63,413 bases of DNA, filler included, from Octopus bimaculoides (GCF_001194135.2; 4 parts of 4 records of this genome joined end to end with filler, not necessarily neighbours in it), one strand, 5' to 3'. Counted from the first letter of the whole stretch, positions 1 through 13,605 are shown. Notes: generated by a model not told the origin, from the letters alone. A program made the numbers and translations.

Positions 1-1699
1 GGCTGAGTAAATGAAAATGACCAGTAAAAGTTGTGAGGGTCATTGAAATCAGCTAAATGCCCTCTACCCAGCAGTAGCAGTACCATCATCATCATCATCA
101 TCAATGTCTAAGGCAGTAAAAGAGAAAGCGAAAGAGATTAGATACAAAAGAAAGCAGGAAGGATTGGTCTACCATTAACATTGGTGTGGTGATGGTTAAA
201 TAGTTGCAGTGCAGAGTGGTTGTGGTGGCCATGGTGGTGGCGGTGGCACTGGTGGGTGTGTAATGTGCCACATAAGACAGTGACCTACCTACCCCCCCTC
301 CCACCATTATATATGATTCTATGTTACTGTTTCATTTTATGTTCAATATTTGTGATATTATTCGAAGGCGTTGGGTAATTCCATGTGTCTTACTCTCATG
401 TTCACTTTGAAGAAGACAAAATGGACAGACACTGATAAAACTGCACTGACAATATTGCAAGGTTGCACCTGCAACAATGTGCAGTCACTGCAGTGGAAAC
501 GCATATAAGTCATTGTAATACACTGTGTATAACTGTAAAATAAAAATAGTGGATGTACAACTCTTCATACTCCAGAAGCAACAGCGTGACTCAAGGGCCG
601 AGTGTTTTGTGCATTGGCACTTATCGAACTTGTAAGTTTTTCCATGAATATGTAATTTACTAAATCAGTATCATATTAATTAAATCTAAAAATACAGCTG
701 TTAAAGTGGACACAAGAGAAATGTGAATTGTTGCATTTGTGTGGCTATACTTTATTAAACCCTGTATTTAGATTAATTAAAACAATCCAAATATAATCAG
801 GAGTTAATTAAATGCTTAAAGAATCATAACAATTAAAAACATAATTTCAAGTGTATCACACATCTGAAATTGTTACCTTTAAAAATGAAGAAGCAGTGAA
901 GCCTCTTGTCAACCAAATAAACTGAAACAAACAAGAGTGATGTCCTTTGCACAGAATTGCAATCCAAAGNNNNNNNNNNNNNNNNNNNNNNNNNNNNNNN
1001 NNNNNNNNNNNNNNNNNNNNNNNNNNNNNNNNNNNNNNNNNNNNNNNNNNNNNNNNNNNNNNNNNNNNNNNNNNNNNNNNNNNNNNNNNNNNNNNNNNNN
1101 NNNNNNNNNNNNNNNNNNNNNNNNNNNNNNNNNNNNNNNNNNNNNNNNNNNNNNNNNNNNNNNNNNNNNNNNNNNNNNNNNNNNNNNNNNNNNNNNNNNN
1201 NNNNNNNNNNNNNNNNNNNNNNNNNNNNNNNNNNNNNNNNNNNNNNNNNNNNNNNNNNNNNNNNNNNNNNNNNNNNNNNNNNNNNNNNNNNNNNNNNNNN
1301 NNNNNNNNNNNNNNNNNNNNNNNNNNNNNNNNNNNNNNNNNNNNNNNNNNNNNNNNNNNNNNNNNNNNNNNNNNNNNNNNNNNNNNNNNNNNNNNNNNNN
1401 NNNNNNNNNNNNNNNNNNNNNNNNNNNNNNNNNNNNNNNNNNNNNNNNNNNNNNNNNNNNNNNNNNNNNNNNNNNNNNNNNNNNNNNNNNNNNNNNNNNN
1501 NNNNNNNNNNNNNNNNNNNNNNNNNNNNNACTTTGCTTTTTATCCTTTCGGTGTCGTCTAGTCCCCTCTCTTTGCCATAAGTTGTGATTTTTCTCCTCGT
1601 TTACAACTAAAGTAGAAACAAAAAATAACATAAATACACACACACACACACACCATTTTTTCCACCTGCAACTTGAGTTGCCTGTACTGGACTGAAACA

Positions 1700-1767
1700 G
1701 GGGACCCTTCAACCACTGACAATCCCTCTTGCCCCATTTCTCCATTCTGGTCCCTCTCGTATCATTG

Positions 1768-1810
<43 letters not shown>

Positions 1811-2150
1811 CCTTCCTTTCACTCTACCTTCTCTCTATCACTCCCTGTCACTTTATCTCCTTTTATCTTATTTGTCTCTCTCTGTCCCCATCTTTCTCTC
1901 TCTCTCACTCCTCCTTCTCTCCTTGTCCTTTCACTCTTACTCCTTCCCCTCTTACTCTCACTCCCCTCTTATGTCTCAGTCTCTCCTCAATCTCTCTCTC
2001 TCTCTCTCTCTTTCATCTCTTCCCCTCACCCCTCTCTGTCTTCACCATATCCCTTCACCCCATTACTTTCTATTCACCCCACCCACCGACACACCTACTG
2101 TCCCTCACCCTCACAATTTCCTCCAACACCACAGACTCTCCCCTCTCCTA
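1700..2150. repeat. (CT)n-rich polypyrimidine low-complexity tract
   Basis: Long imperfect CT/CCT/CTT runs read directly; explains the SLSL-type ORFs. Confidence 0.9.
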
Positions 2151-2673
2151 ATTACAACCTGTTTTCTTTTAATTATTCAGTGTTTTACATGTTAATCTTA
2201 ATTATCAACAAGAAGACTCTGTTGATTAGGAATGTCTGCATATGTTTCTGTGTATGTATGTGTGTGTGTATGTGTATATGTAACTGCCTCTGTATGTGTA
2301 GATATGTCTGTATATGTATTTGTGTGTGTGTGTGTGCATAGATATGGCTCTATGTGTGTATGCATATGTGTATGTGTGTGTGTGTGTGTAGGTAGGTAGA
2401 TAGGTATATCTGCATATGCATGTGTGTTTGTGTCTAGGAATGTCTGTATCTATCTGTGAGAACACGTGTGTATTTGCATGTGTGTGTGTGTGTGTGTGTG
2501 TGGTGTGAATGAGTCTGCCTGTGTATGTATGTAGATATGTATGTTTCTGCTTCTGTATATCTATGTCTTTGTTAATATATGTGTGTATATGTTTTTATGC
2601 ATATATCTGTGATATTATATCTATGTGTGTCTTGTACCATTGAGTTCCTATGTATGTTTCTACTTGAGTCTAT

Positions 2674-2708
<35 letters not shown>

Positions 2709-2717
2709 TCTAACATA

Positions 2718-3107
2718 TTGTTGTGCCTAAGTTTGCTTCCCACCACATAGTTCCAGGTTCAATCTCACTGCATGGCACCTTGGACCAGTCACTTCTACCA
2801 TCGCCTTGGACTGACCAAAGCTTTGTGAGCGGATTTGATGGATGGAAACTGAAAGAAGCCTTGTGTGTGTGTGTGTGTATGTGTGTCTTTGTGTCTGTGA
2901 TTGTCCCCACCACCACCACTGCTTGACAACCGGAATTGGTGAGTTTACGTCCCCAAACTTAGCAGTTTGGCCAAAAAAAAGCCGAACAGAATATGTACCA
3001 GGCCTTTTTAAAAAAATAAATACTGGAGTCGACTCATTTGACTGAAAAATTCTTCAGCATGGTGCTCAAGCATGGCCGCAGTCTAATGACCAAAACACAT
3101 AAAAGAT
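2718..3107 (+). mobile_element. tRNA-derived SINE, family B (degenerate copy)
   Basis: Shares ggcaccttgg...gaaactgaaagaagcc, an internal (GT)n, and the ccagcatggccgcagtc..atgac tail with the copies at 7343 and 12508. Confidence 0.75.
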
Positions 3108-5262
3108 TTAAAGATCTTGTATGTATAACGTGCATATACTATACATATGTTTTGTTAAGGAAAAGACCCCAAAATGGTGGGTGAGCAGCTGTTGTATTTT
3201 GCTAGAGTGGTGAAGTTTCTGGTTCTTTCCTGAGTTCTGAATTGGTTTATGTGGTTGAATGTATACCTTTATCCTCATCATCATCATAATCACCACCACC
3301 ACCATCATCATCGTCTTATCATCCTCTTCCTAAGTCTACTCTTCCATGCTGTCCACTGGGCTGGACAGGAATTTTCCTGCTGGTGTTTTATAGCCAGGTG
3401 CCCTTTCTGATGCCAACTCCTTTTGCTGCTGCCAGCATCATGCAGAGAGTGACCAGCACTCACTGTTAAAAGTAGGACATACATGGTTATATAAACACAA
3501 ACACAAACTGGAATAAAGAAATATCTTCAACTAGGGATGTTCCCTCGTTCTTACATTTCTCTGACTTCTTCCTCTCTGATGACTGTGTACTCAGCCTATG
3601 GAATCCTTACCCAATATTGATGATCCATGTGCTTGGCTATTCTAGAAACAACTGTAAGAGACTCTGTATTCTATTCTTTCATTCTTTTACTTGTTTCAAG
3701 TATTCTTTCATTCTTTTACTTGTTTCAAGTATTCTTTCATTTTTTTACTTTAATCTATAAACACAAACACACTGGGAGAGAAGAGACAAACCCAGTTTGT
3801 GTTAAACCCCCTCTGTCTTGTCACCACCATATTTACATTTCAAACAGCAGTGTTGTGACTATGATGCTGGAATCAAACCCATATCACTTTGCTGTTGTTG
3901 TACGGCCATCCATCTGGTCTGATTGGGTGCCAAAGCAGTCTAACCTTAATTATTTACCTAAATCTACATTATCCAACATAACTCTTCCTTTCGTAAATTT
4001 TAGGAAATTTGGCTACTGTTTCTAGCATGTTGTACCCTTCCCCTTGGTCCTCTCTTGCTCCTCACCGTCAGCTCTGCCTCCACTCTGTTGGAATTAATAA
4101 TGGAAGTATGCTGGAATATCCTAACTTTCGGTCAGGTTATTTATTAATCTTGTTCCGCCCACCACCACATTTTACATTTGAATAAACCTTTATTTCTCGA
4201 CCAGATGTTTTGCCAGAACCATTTCATGTATGAACAGATCTGATTCCAATCTAACATCTACCTGTAGAGAATACTCCTTCTGACGATGTTGACTCTACGA
4301 GAATCACAGACTTGCAGGAAGTTCTTCAGCCACCTTTTCTCCTTCATCCTCATCTTTTAATCTCCTTTTCTTCTTTTTATTTATTTTTTTTTACCCCTTT
4401 CCCCCCAATTTCATTTCTGAATTTTTTACTATATTTTGTAATATAATTATTATTGTTATTTAATTCGGTGAAGACAGACATACTGTCAGCGATTGCTATG
4501 AAAGTAAAACTGCAAGACTTGCTGTCATCCAACGGTAGGGAGAATCTCTTCAAGTGTAAACCTGTGGAAAACGATTGCTTCCAACATCCATATCCAATTA
4601 ACATGTCATTTCACCGCTCCAACTTGTGTTTGACTTATTCAAGTGTAAAATAAAACCCATTCCTGCTTCAATAAACCATTTTTAATACATTAACTCCATA
4701 TATTATTATTATCATTATTATTACTAATGGCGGCGGTGGTGGTGGTGTTTTTGTTCGTGTTTTTTTACACAAGGTACACATGTAAAAATCATTTTATTCA
4801 CTTTTAACTTTTAGTTATCTTTTGGTTCTTTTTATAGTTTTTATCCCCTTTTATGTGCTTTCTCCCTCCTCCTCCTCCTCCTCCTCCTCCTCCTCCAAGT
4901 CAGCAAACCAAACTAGAAATGTTATAAGTATTTTATTAGAAGATTTAATTACTCACTTAGCAGAAACATAACATTTGTGTTTTGTTTGTGTTTATGTATG
5001 TATGTGTGTGTGTGTGTTTTGTTTGTGTGCGGACAAAGTTGTGAATTCACGTAGTTTCATGGTACGGCCCTTAATGTTTCGGCCAAACCATTAAAGTCAT
5101 TAAATTACCTTGCCAACTATGGGGATGTGGTGGCTTACATGCAGGGACAGACACTAGTCTTTTTATTAAATACCAGCTGAAGCCTTCACCTTAGAGGGGA
5201 ACAAACCAGATAACAGATCCAAGCCATACAGAGGCCCCCATATATTAAATTACTATTCTTAC

Positions 5263-5400
5263 CTGAGCCCTTCACTCCTGAAACCGAGGCAAGCTATGGC
5301 TTTTTTCCACCGTCCTCGACTCTGGGCTGTCCTTTCTGCTTCTATGAGGGAAGGTCTTCCTTCCTCAGATCTTTTTGGTTTCGAATTGAAGCAGAGTTGG
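5263..5400 (-). pseudogene. Degenerate 3' end of an RTE-like LINE ORF
   Basis: Minus-strand translation with one frameshift gives IRNQKDLRKEDLP/LIEAERTAQSRGRWKKAIACLG, resembling the I..DL....AE..AQDR..W C-terminal motif of RTE-clade ORFs. Motif recall only. Confidence 0.35.
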
Positions 5401-5405
5401 TGCAG

Positions 5406-5699
5406 TCATCATCATCGTTTAACGTCCGCTTTCCATGCTAGCATGGGTTGGACGATTTGACTGAGGACTGGTGAAACTGGATGGCAACACCAGCCTCCAA
5501 TCTGATTTGGCAGAGTTTCTACAGCTGGATGCCCTTCCTAACGCCAACCTCTCTGAGAGTGTAGTGGGTGCTTTTACATGCCACCAGCACAAAGGCCAGT
5601 CAGGCAGTACTGGCAACGGCCACGCTCAAAATGGTGTATTTTATGTGCCACTTGCACAAGAGCCAGTCAAGGGGCACTGGCAACGATCTCGCTCGAAAA
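5406..5699 (-). mobile_element. Retroposon family D (ggaagggcatccagctgtagaaac ... ggacgttaaacgatgatg tail), cut by a gap
   Basis: Near-identical to 23791-24200 and, in the opposite orientation, 62030-62329; ends in a (GAT)n tail on the minus strand. Confidence 0.8.
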
Positions 5700-6322
5700 N
5701 NNNNNNNNNNNNNNNNNNNNNNNNNNNNNNNNNNNNNNNNNNNNNNNNNNNNNNNNNNNNNNNNNNNNNNNNNNNNNNNNNNNNNNNNNNNNNNNNNNNN
5801 NNNNNNNNNNNNNNNNNNNNNNNNNNNNNNNNNNNNNNNNNNNNNNNNNNNNNNNNNNNNNNNNNNNNNNNNNNNNNNNNNNNNNNNNNNNNNNNNNNNN
5901 NNNNNNNNNNNNNNNNNNNNNNNNNNNNNNNNNNNNNNNNNNNNNNNNNNNNNNNNNNNNNNNNNNNNNNNNNNNNNNNNNNNNNNNNNNNNNNNNNNNN
6001 NNNNNNNNNNNNNNNNNNNNNNNNNNNNNNNNNNNNNNNNNNNNNNNNNNNNNNNNNNNNNNNNNNNNNNNNNNNNNNNNNNNNNNNNNNNNNNNNNNNN
6101 NNNNNNNNNNNNNNNNNNNNNNNNNNNNNNNNNNNNNNNNNNNNNNNNNNNNNNNNNNNNNNNNNNNNNNNNNNNNNNNNNNNNNNNNNNNNNNNNNNAT
6201 GTAATTGATTTAACCCTTCCCCTGAAATTGCTGGCCTTGTGCCAAAATTTAAAGCGAATAGTAGGTGGTGGTGGTGATGACAGAGGGAGGGGCAGAGGTT
6301 GGTTAGGGTGCAAGTAGCAGGT

Positions 6323-6551
6323 GGCGAGCTGGCAGAAACGTTAGCACGCCGGGCGAAATGCTTAGCGGTATTTCGTCTGCCGCTACGTTCTGAGTTCAAA
6401 TTCCACCGAGATCGACTTTGCCTTTCATCCTTTCGGGGTCGATTAAATAAGTACCAGTTACGCACTCGGGTCGATATAATCGACTTAATCCATTTGTCTG
6501 TCCTTGTTTGTCCCTTCTGTGTGTAGCCCCTTGTGGGCAATAAAGAAATAA
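6323..6551 (+). mobile_element. tRNA-derived SINE, family A, tail type 1
   Basis: ggcgagctggcagaaacgttagc head, B-box-like gagttcaaattcc, tail tttgtctgtccttgtttgtccc..aataaagaaata; degenerate flanking repeat agggtgc..gtagcag. Confidence 0.9.
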
Positions 6552-7342
6552 GGGTGCTTGTAGCAGCAGTGATGGTGGTGGTAGCAGCGGTAGTAGCAGT
6601 GGTGTTGGTAGAAAGGTTTCACATACACACATTCATACATGACAGTTCAGTGAAGCTTAACACTTTACTCCAACTCCACTCACTCACTCTGCTCTACTGC
6701 ACTCCAACTGCCATTGTACATCATATTTTTGGTGAATGAGGTAACTCCGTAATTTGACCCCCGTCCCCATTCAAATTGAACTGAGAGCAGGAGTGGTGGA
6801 GTAGAAGGAGCTGGTAAGACAATACACACAGAGTACTTGACACCCTCAGATTTAACCCCTAATCCTCATGGCCACATCTGGCACTACAACTGTATTCATA
6901 AACATTTTTATTTCCCCCTCCCCCGCCCCGCCATTCCCTCCCCAACAACTCCATAATTATTCGTTTCCCTCTCAGGTTACCTCCACCCTACCCCCACCCC
7001 ATACTTTCATGATTGGTTTTCGTCTCCAAACCTAAATATTTCAGAGACACATACTGCATTCCTGTAAATGGTGAAATTGCATTATTAATATTGTTTATCA
7101 GATCTGAGGGTCTGCTGAGTCAGTTGTTGCTTTGTGACCAAATATTGTTTAATCACATTAAAGAAACTTCTGAAGTCCCCTATGCCACCCGGTTTCTGGA
7201 TTCCAAGTGCTTTCACCTGCTACCAATTGTTCTACATTGCACTTGTTTATATCAAAACTGCATCATTAGTTTGCTGACAAGCTTTCCTTTTGCAATCATT
7301 ATTCTTATCAATTTGCTTTTCACCTTTCAGGGTCGGTAAATA

Positions 7343-7505
7343 GGCGTAGGAGTGGCTGTGTGGTAAGTAGCTTGCTTACGAACCACATGGTTCCGGGTTC
7401 AGTCCAACTGCATGGCACCTTGGGCAAGTGTCTTCTACTATAGCCCTAAGGTGACCAAAGCCTTGTGAGTGGATTCGGTAGACGGAAACTGAAAGAAGCC
7501 TATCG

Positions 7506-7541
<36 letters not shown>

Positions 7542-7777
7542 NNNNNNNNNNNNNNNNNNNNNNNNNNNNNNNNNNNNNNNNNNNNNNNNNNNNNNNNNNN
7601 NNNNNNNNNNNNNNNNNNNNNNNNNNNNNNNNNNNNNNNNNNNNNNNNNNNNNNNNNNNNNNNNNNNNNNNNNNNNNNNNNNNNNNNNNNNNNNNNNNNN
7701 NNNNNNNNNNNNNNNNNNNNNNNNNNNNNNNNNNNNNNNNNNNNNNNNNNNNNNNNNNNNNNNNNNNNNNNNNNNNN

Positions 7778-7814
<37 letters not shown>

Positions 7815-8040
7815 GTATGTATGCGTGTGTATTTGTTTGTGTGTCTGTGTTTGTCCCTCCAACATCACTTGACAACTGATACTGGTGTGTTTACGTCCCT
7901 GTAACTTAGCGGTTTGGCAAAAGAGACCAATAGAATAAGTACTAGGCTTACAAAGAATAAGTCCTGGGGTCGATTTGCTCAACTACAAGGCAGTGCTCCA
8001 GCATGGCCACAGTCAAATGACTGAAACAAGTAAAAGAGTA
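7343..8040 (+). mobile_element. tRNA-derived SINE, family B, with internal (TA)n and a gap
   Basis: ggcgtaggagtggctgtgtggtaag head with ggttccgggttcagtcc; ends gactgaaacaagtaaaagagta. Confidence 0.9.
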
Positions 8041-8063
8041 AATTTGAAAATTCTTGTCAAGAC

Positions 8064-8277
8064 GGCGAGCTGGCAGAATTGATAGCATGCCAGGCAAAAT
8101 GCTTAGCAGTATTTCATCTGTCTTTACATTCTGAGTTCAAATTACTCCGGAGTCAAATTTGCCTTTTATCCTCTTGGGGTTGAGGAACTAAGTACCAGTT
8201 ATGTACAGGGGTTGATATAATTGACTAGCTCCCTACCTCAAATTTCAGGCTTTGTGTCTTTAGTAGAAAGGATTATT
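8064..8277 (+). mobile_element. SINE family A, tail type 2
   Basis: Family A head, tail aaatttcaggc..tagtagaaagg; 11-bp target site duplication (TSD) attcttgtcaa on both sides. Confidence 0.85.
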
Positions 8278-8329
8278 CTTGTCAATTTGGTTGGCAGGAA
8301 AAGCTGCTCTCTTTCTGTCAAGTAGCTGC

Positions 8330-8800
8330 CTTTTATGGGGACTTGTTGTCATCAGTTTTCTTGGTGATTTTTTGAGGTGAAAACACAAAGATTACCGACA
8401 ACTTGCTAAGATCCTTTTCTTGTATGCCAGAAAATATGATCGGCCCTGGTCCATCCAACAATCGTTGACTCCTGTCACGGCAATATCTTTACAATTTTGG
8501 TTTCTTTGGTTGATGTAGTCATAATGATTTACCAATTCCTTGATCACAGATGCTGCCTTGATTTCTTGCATCCATTTATCAGAAAAATCTGTTGTTGATT
8601 AATTCAGTCATCCCTCACATTTTGTTAGGAGCAAAACACTTTTTGAGTCAGTTTTTCCCATGCTCTCTGTTCCAATTGTGCCATTCCAGAGATTCAAATT
8701 TTTGCAGACTTTAGCTTTGAGTTCACCCAGCAAGATTGGTGTGTTTTGAACTCTGTCTAACCCTGAGCCCTACCACAGTGAGGATCGCCTACTGCTGCAG
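8330..8800 (-). pseudogene. Highly degenerate reverse-transcriptase region of an R4/Dong-like LINE
   Basis: Minus translation ..DCWMDQGRSYFLAYKKRILASCR*SLCF resembles W...GRT.LI.KK....NYRPITCL at the start of R4/Dong RT; stops and frameshifts present. Confidence 0.35.
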
Positions 8801-9092
8801 CCATCATCTTCCATCTCAGTCCTTAACTCGCTTCAGCCTGTTCTGCTGAACTTTCAGACTGCATGATAACCTTGGCAAGGAGGAAGGAACAAAAAGGGTT
8901 GCCTTGAGTTAACTTCAATTAGTGTCCTGCACTGTATCTACATACACAACATACACACACATTTGTAGATATTCACCATACACATGCATACATCTCTTAC
9001 ACACACACACACACACTGAATACATACAGCTACAGAATACACACACACAATGCAGACATATACACACATCCAGATATATTCATATCCCCCAC

Positions 9093-9123
<31 letters not shown>

Positions 9124-9879
9124 ACCCTCAAAATACATATAATCCCCCACACATTCACATATCCACATACCCATACATACTCAGACCTAAACTAACTGTA
9201 TAACATTAGCTCTATCGTGTCTACAGTGTAATGTATGCTATGTAATATATGCACTGTCATGTTTAGTTTGTAATGCATGTCGTGCTATGACATATATGTT
9301 ATATAATGTATGCTATACCATGTATTTTATGCCATGTGAAATACAAAACTTCAATGCTAACAGAGATGTCATGAAGTGATGTTCAATTAATTTCATGTTA
9401 ATTAAAATGTTTCCCTGTTGTAATGTTTCCTGAGGCATTCTTTTAATCGTTCTACTAATTAGCAAGTTATTTTACAATTTTCAAGCTTGCTCCTCTTTTG
9501 TCTTTAATTTCTACAGATCTTTGGTAAAACATTTCTTCACAAAGTGCCTTTGTTGTTGCTGTGTTTGCTTTCTTAATTTCTCAGTGAAATAACGGTCATT
9601 CTGTTTTCCATAAGTTCATTTTTAGTTGGTTCATTGTTGCAACATTTAATAATAACCTATTTGTTCTGTTAGCTCATTGTTAACCATCAGTATCCATCTG
9701 TTCACTGATAGCACTGTATAACAAAATTTCATTTTTTTTTCTTTGGTATTTGGTCTGTAAGTGTTATTCCCTATTTGCTTCTGTCTAGAAATCAAAGGAA
9801 ATGACTACTATCCCCTTCAAGCTTTGCTTTTGTCACCTGGACATCAATGTTTTGAAACTGGACCTATTTCCCATTACAT

Positions 9880-10090
9880 TTCAGACAGATTCAGCACTGA
9901 GTTGCTGAAGCAGAAATATCATTATAGCAAATATTCCATCCAATACCAGATATCTGCTTGTCAGTTGCTTGACCTTAACCACTTGAGCATGTCCTTTAGT
10001 GGCTGACAATATGCACATCTCTGATCAGGAACAGAAGTAGTGGAGAAGCATCATAGCCATGTGTTGAGAGGGATTCTTTGTGGTTCAAAT
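9880..10090 (-). mobile_element. Fragment of unclassified interspersed repeat family G
   Basis: Reverse-complement match to 14600-14780 and direct match to 53880-54040 (gcttgtcagt..cttgacc..gtggctgacaatatg..atgtgttgagagg). Confidence 0.75.
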
Positions 10091-10593
10091 AAACATCATA
10101 ACAAAACCAAATTTTGAGGGAAATATTATCCGTTTTTCATACTTTCTAGGGGTAAGCAAATAAGAAATAACAGTTGCTACCCATGGACAAAAATCATGTT
10201 ACAGTTATTGGTTCACTATTGTAACACTTGTCAGTAATCTTCTGTCCACTCTCAGCTCTTTGTTGAAGTATTTAACAGCAACAATTTGTTCTCTGTATTT
10301 TGCTGTTAAAATGGTTGACACTTTTCATTAGTATTCAATTCACTATTGTGGTTACTCTTCACCGCTGGTCAGTTCGCTGTTGTAATACATAGTAGTTGAA
10401 ACACCTTGATTTCCATAATTTTACTTTGGCTTGTCCCATCCAATTATGATATAATTAACAATGTGATCAGTTTTCGTTCTTTATCATGTTACAAATGTGT
10501 AGAATTTTAATTGGAATTTTATCTCCATCAAAGACAGAAACATATGAGGAGATATTGACCAATTCTTTACTACACTGCTGGAGTGGTAACATC

Positions 10594-10722
10594 TGAGCCC
10601 TAATTAGTGTTGCAGCTGACCCCTAACTGGTTTTGCAGTTGACCACTAATTGATGTCGCAGCTGAACTCTAACTGGTATCGCAACTGACCCCTAAGTGAT
10701 GTTGCAGCTGATCCTTAATAAG
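10594..10722. repeat. 23-bp minisatellite, about 5.5 copies, with alternating 46-bp higher-order pattern
   Basis: Units start at 10594, 10617, 10640, 10663, 10686, 10709; consensus tgacccctaa(t/c)tg(a/g)tgttgcagc. Confidence 0.9.
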
Positions 10723-11908
10723 AGTCAGAGCTGCATAGAAAGTAGAAAGAAAAAAGATTGTGTTACAGCATGGTTCTGAATAACTTTGACATTCTCAGAT
10801 AACAACTGCTGCTGGCCATTTCTGCTCAGAAGAGAGAGCAATGCTGTTGGAAGGTCCCATAATGATGATGATTGCCAATTGACAGATGATGAAGGAAATG
10901 TACTGCAGTGTAAGAAATATCCTGGGTTCAATTCCACTCTGTGGTATCTTTGACTAAGTACTTTTGCTGTTGTCTCAAATCAATCCAAGCTGAGTGACTG
11001 TGGGTAGATGGAACCTCAGTAGTATCCCCTCAGATGGACTCTACCTGTAATTGAATTATACCTGGCTGTGTCATGGTGATCCTACCTGAGGATTATGTTC
11101 AGAGTACATGTGTCTGTGAAATACAGCCACTTAACACTCGTTTAATTAGTGAACAACAACTGGATACTTATACATCAAAATTAATATTGGAATTTATCAC
11201 ACACACACACACACACACGTGCGCATGCATATATATTTATTTACTTGTTTCAGCCATTTGACTGTGGCCATGCTGGAGCAACACCAGCAAGCTGGCAGAA
11301 TTGTTACTGCGGAGAACAAAATGTTTTGTGGCATTTCATCCGGGGGAAATAGTTGTAAGCTAATGAAGTTCATAAGATAATTGTTTATTTCTTTATCATC
11401 TAATTTTCTTATATATTTATAAGCTTAAGATACATGGTGTATTTTATAAATATGCCTGTTCAAGTATCATAATAGCATGAAACTATTAGTAGCTCTTTTA
11501 GTTGAGTATTNNNNNNNNNNNNNNNNNNNNNNNNNNNNNNNNNNNNNNNNNNNNNNNNNNNNNNNNNNNNNNNNNNNNNNNNNNNNNNNNNNNNNNNNNN
11601 NNNNNNNNNNNNNNNNNNNNNNNNNNNNNNNNNNNNNNNNNNNNNNNNNNNNNNNNNNNNNNNNNNNNNNNNNNNNNNNNNNNNNNNNNNNNNNNNNNNN
11701 NNNNNNNNNNNNNNNNNNNNNNNNNNNNNNNNNNNNNNNNNNNNNNNNNNNNNNNNNNNNNNNNNNNNNNNNNNNNNNNNNNNNNNNNNNNNNNNNNNNN
11801 NNNNNNNNNNNNNNNNNNNNNNNNNNNNNNNNNNNNNNNNNNNNNNNNNNNNNNNNNNNNNNNNNNNNNNNNNNNNNNNNNNNNNNNNNNNNNNNNNNNN
11901 NNNNNNNN

Positions 11909-11988
<80 letters not shown>

Positions 11989-12507
11989 GCACACATATAC
12001 ACATGCATACATGTGTTTGTGTGTGTATATAAATGTGTGTGTACACATACATACACACACACACACAAACATACACATACACACACACACACACACATAA
12101 GACATGTATGTGTGTGAATGTATTACTGTTTATACATATCTAAACAGCCACCAGTTATCATTTCCATTTACTTTTCTGTATAACAAACATTCTTTCCCAG
12201 AGATAAACATTAAACTATTTCAAATATAGCCACAATAACAGCAATTACACAATGTTAATTGTTCTCATTAATTCTCTTAATTATCTTTCATTATATCATT
12301 ACTGTTGTTTTCATTAAATGAATCATTCCACTCCTAATCGTTTTCTCCTTAATTGCTCTGGATTCACTGCGATGTTTGTCTTTTAACGAACTCATCCATT
12401 TGTTGCTGTCATTCCCTCCAGTTTTCCCCACGCCTCCATCATTACCCAGCACTAGAATTCCATCTCAGTTGTCCACAATAAACTAACATTAAAAAAAACA
12501 AGTTTTC

Positions 12508-12910
12508 TAGGAGTAGCTGTGTGGTAAGTACCTTGCTTACGAACCACATGGTTCCGGGTTCATTTCCACTGTGTGGCACCTTGGGCAAGTGTCCTCTACT
12601 ATAGCCCCGGGCCAACCAAAGCCTTATGAGTGGATTTGGTAGACGGAAACTGAAAGAAGCCCGTCGTATATATGTATATGTATATATATATATATGTATG
12701 TGTGTGTTTGTGTGTCTGTGTTTGTCCCCCCAACATCGCTTGACAACCGATGCTGGTGTGTTTACGTCCCCGTAACTTAGCGGTTCGGCATAAGAGACCG
12801 ATAGAATAAGTACTAGGCTTCCAAAGAATAAGTCCTGGGGTCGACTTGCTCGACTAAAGGTGGTGCTCCAGCATGGCCACAGTCAAATGACTGAAACAAG
12901 TAAAAGAGTA
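12508..12910 (+). mobile_element. SINE family B, near full length
   Basis: Head, internal TA/GT microsatellite and tail all collinear with 7343-8040. Confidence 0.9.
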
Positions 12911-13605
12911 TATTAAAGGATTTCTTATATTTCTGTGTCTTTCAATAGAACAAAAGGACAGACATCTTTTTGAATAGAAAAGTATTCTTCTGTTGTGGTT
13001 AAAAAAAAAAAGAAAAAAGAAAAAGAAACCTTAATGTTTTTGCATACATTTTCATATTTGTTAACGCCAATCGTTTTCCAATTTCCAGTTATTTCGAAAT
13101 CATCGTGAATACATTGAAACTTCAAACTAAAAAAAATTCTGTTTTTTAAACAGTATTATAAACCTTAGCATCTTCACCACTGCCATGGCAACCACTGTCA
13201 TCACCATATCGCAGAATTGGTAACACATCAAACGGTATCATCATCACTATTATCAACATCATCATCAGCAGCAGCATCAGCATCAGCATCATCATCGTTG
13301 TTATTTTAACATCCATTCTTCCATGCTTGCATGAGTTGGCCAGAAATTGTTGAAGCATGTTTTCTTCAGCTGGATGACCTTCCTTCCTTCCTATCACCAA
13401 CTCTTATTTGTTTCCAGCTGAAGACCTTTCTAGTCTTTAGGCCCACTAGAAATAGCAACCAAATTCCCCTTAAACTGCAACCCTCCCAAAAAGTACATAT
13501 TGCTCAAAGTAGTCCCTGATATATAGGAGACATTGTGGTCCCAACTGCAACATAGTTCCCTCATTGATTAGACCCAACCCAGGGTTAAACAACATCAGTA
13601 TAGAA

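Noticed and set aside
7013-7339. 108-aa non-repetitive ORF
   Set aside because: No recognisable motif or splice context, and it ends at a SINE; consistent with chance.
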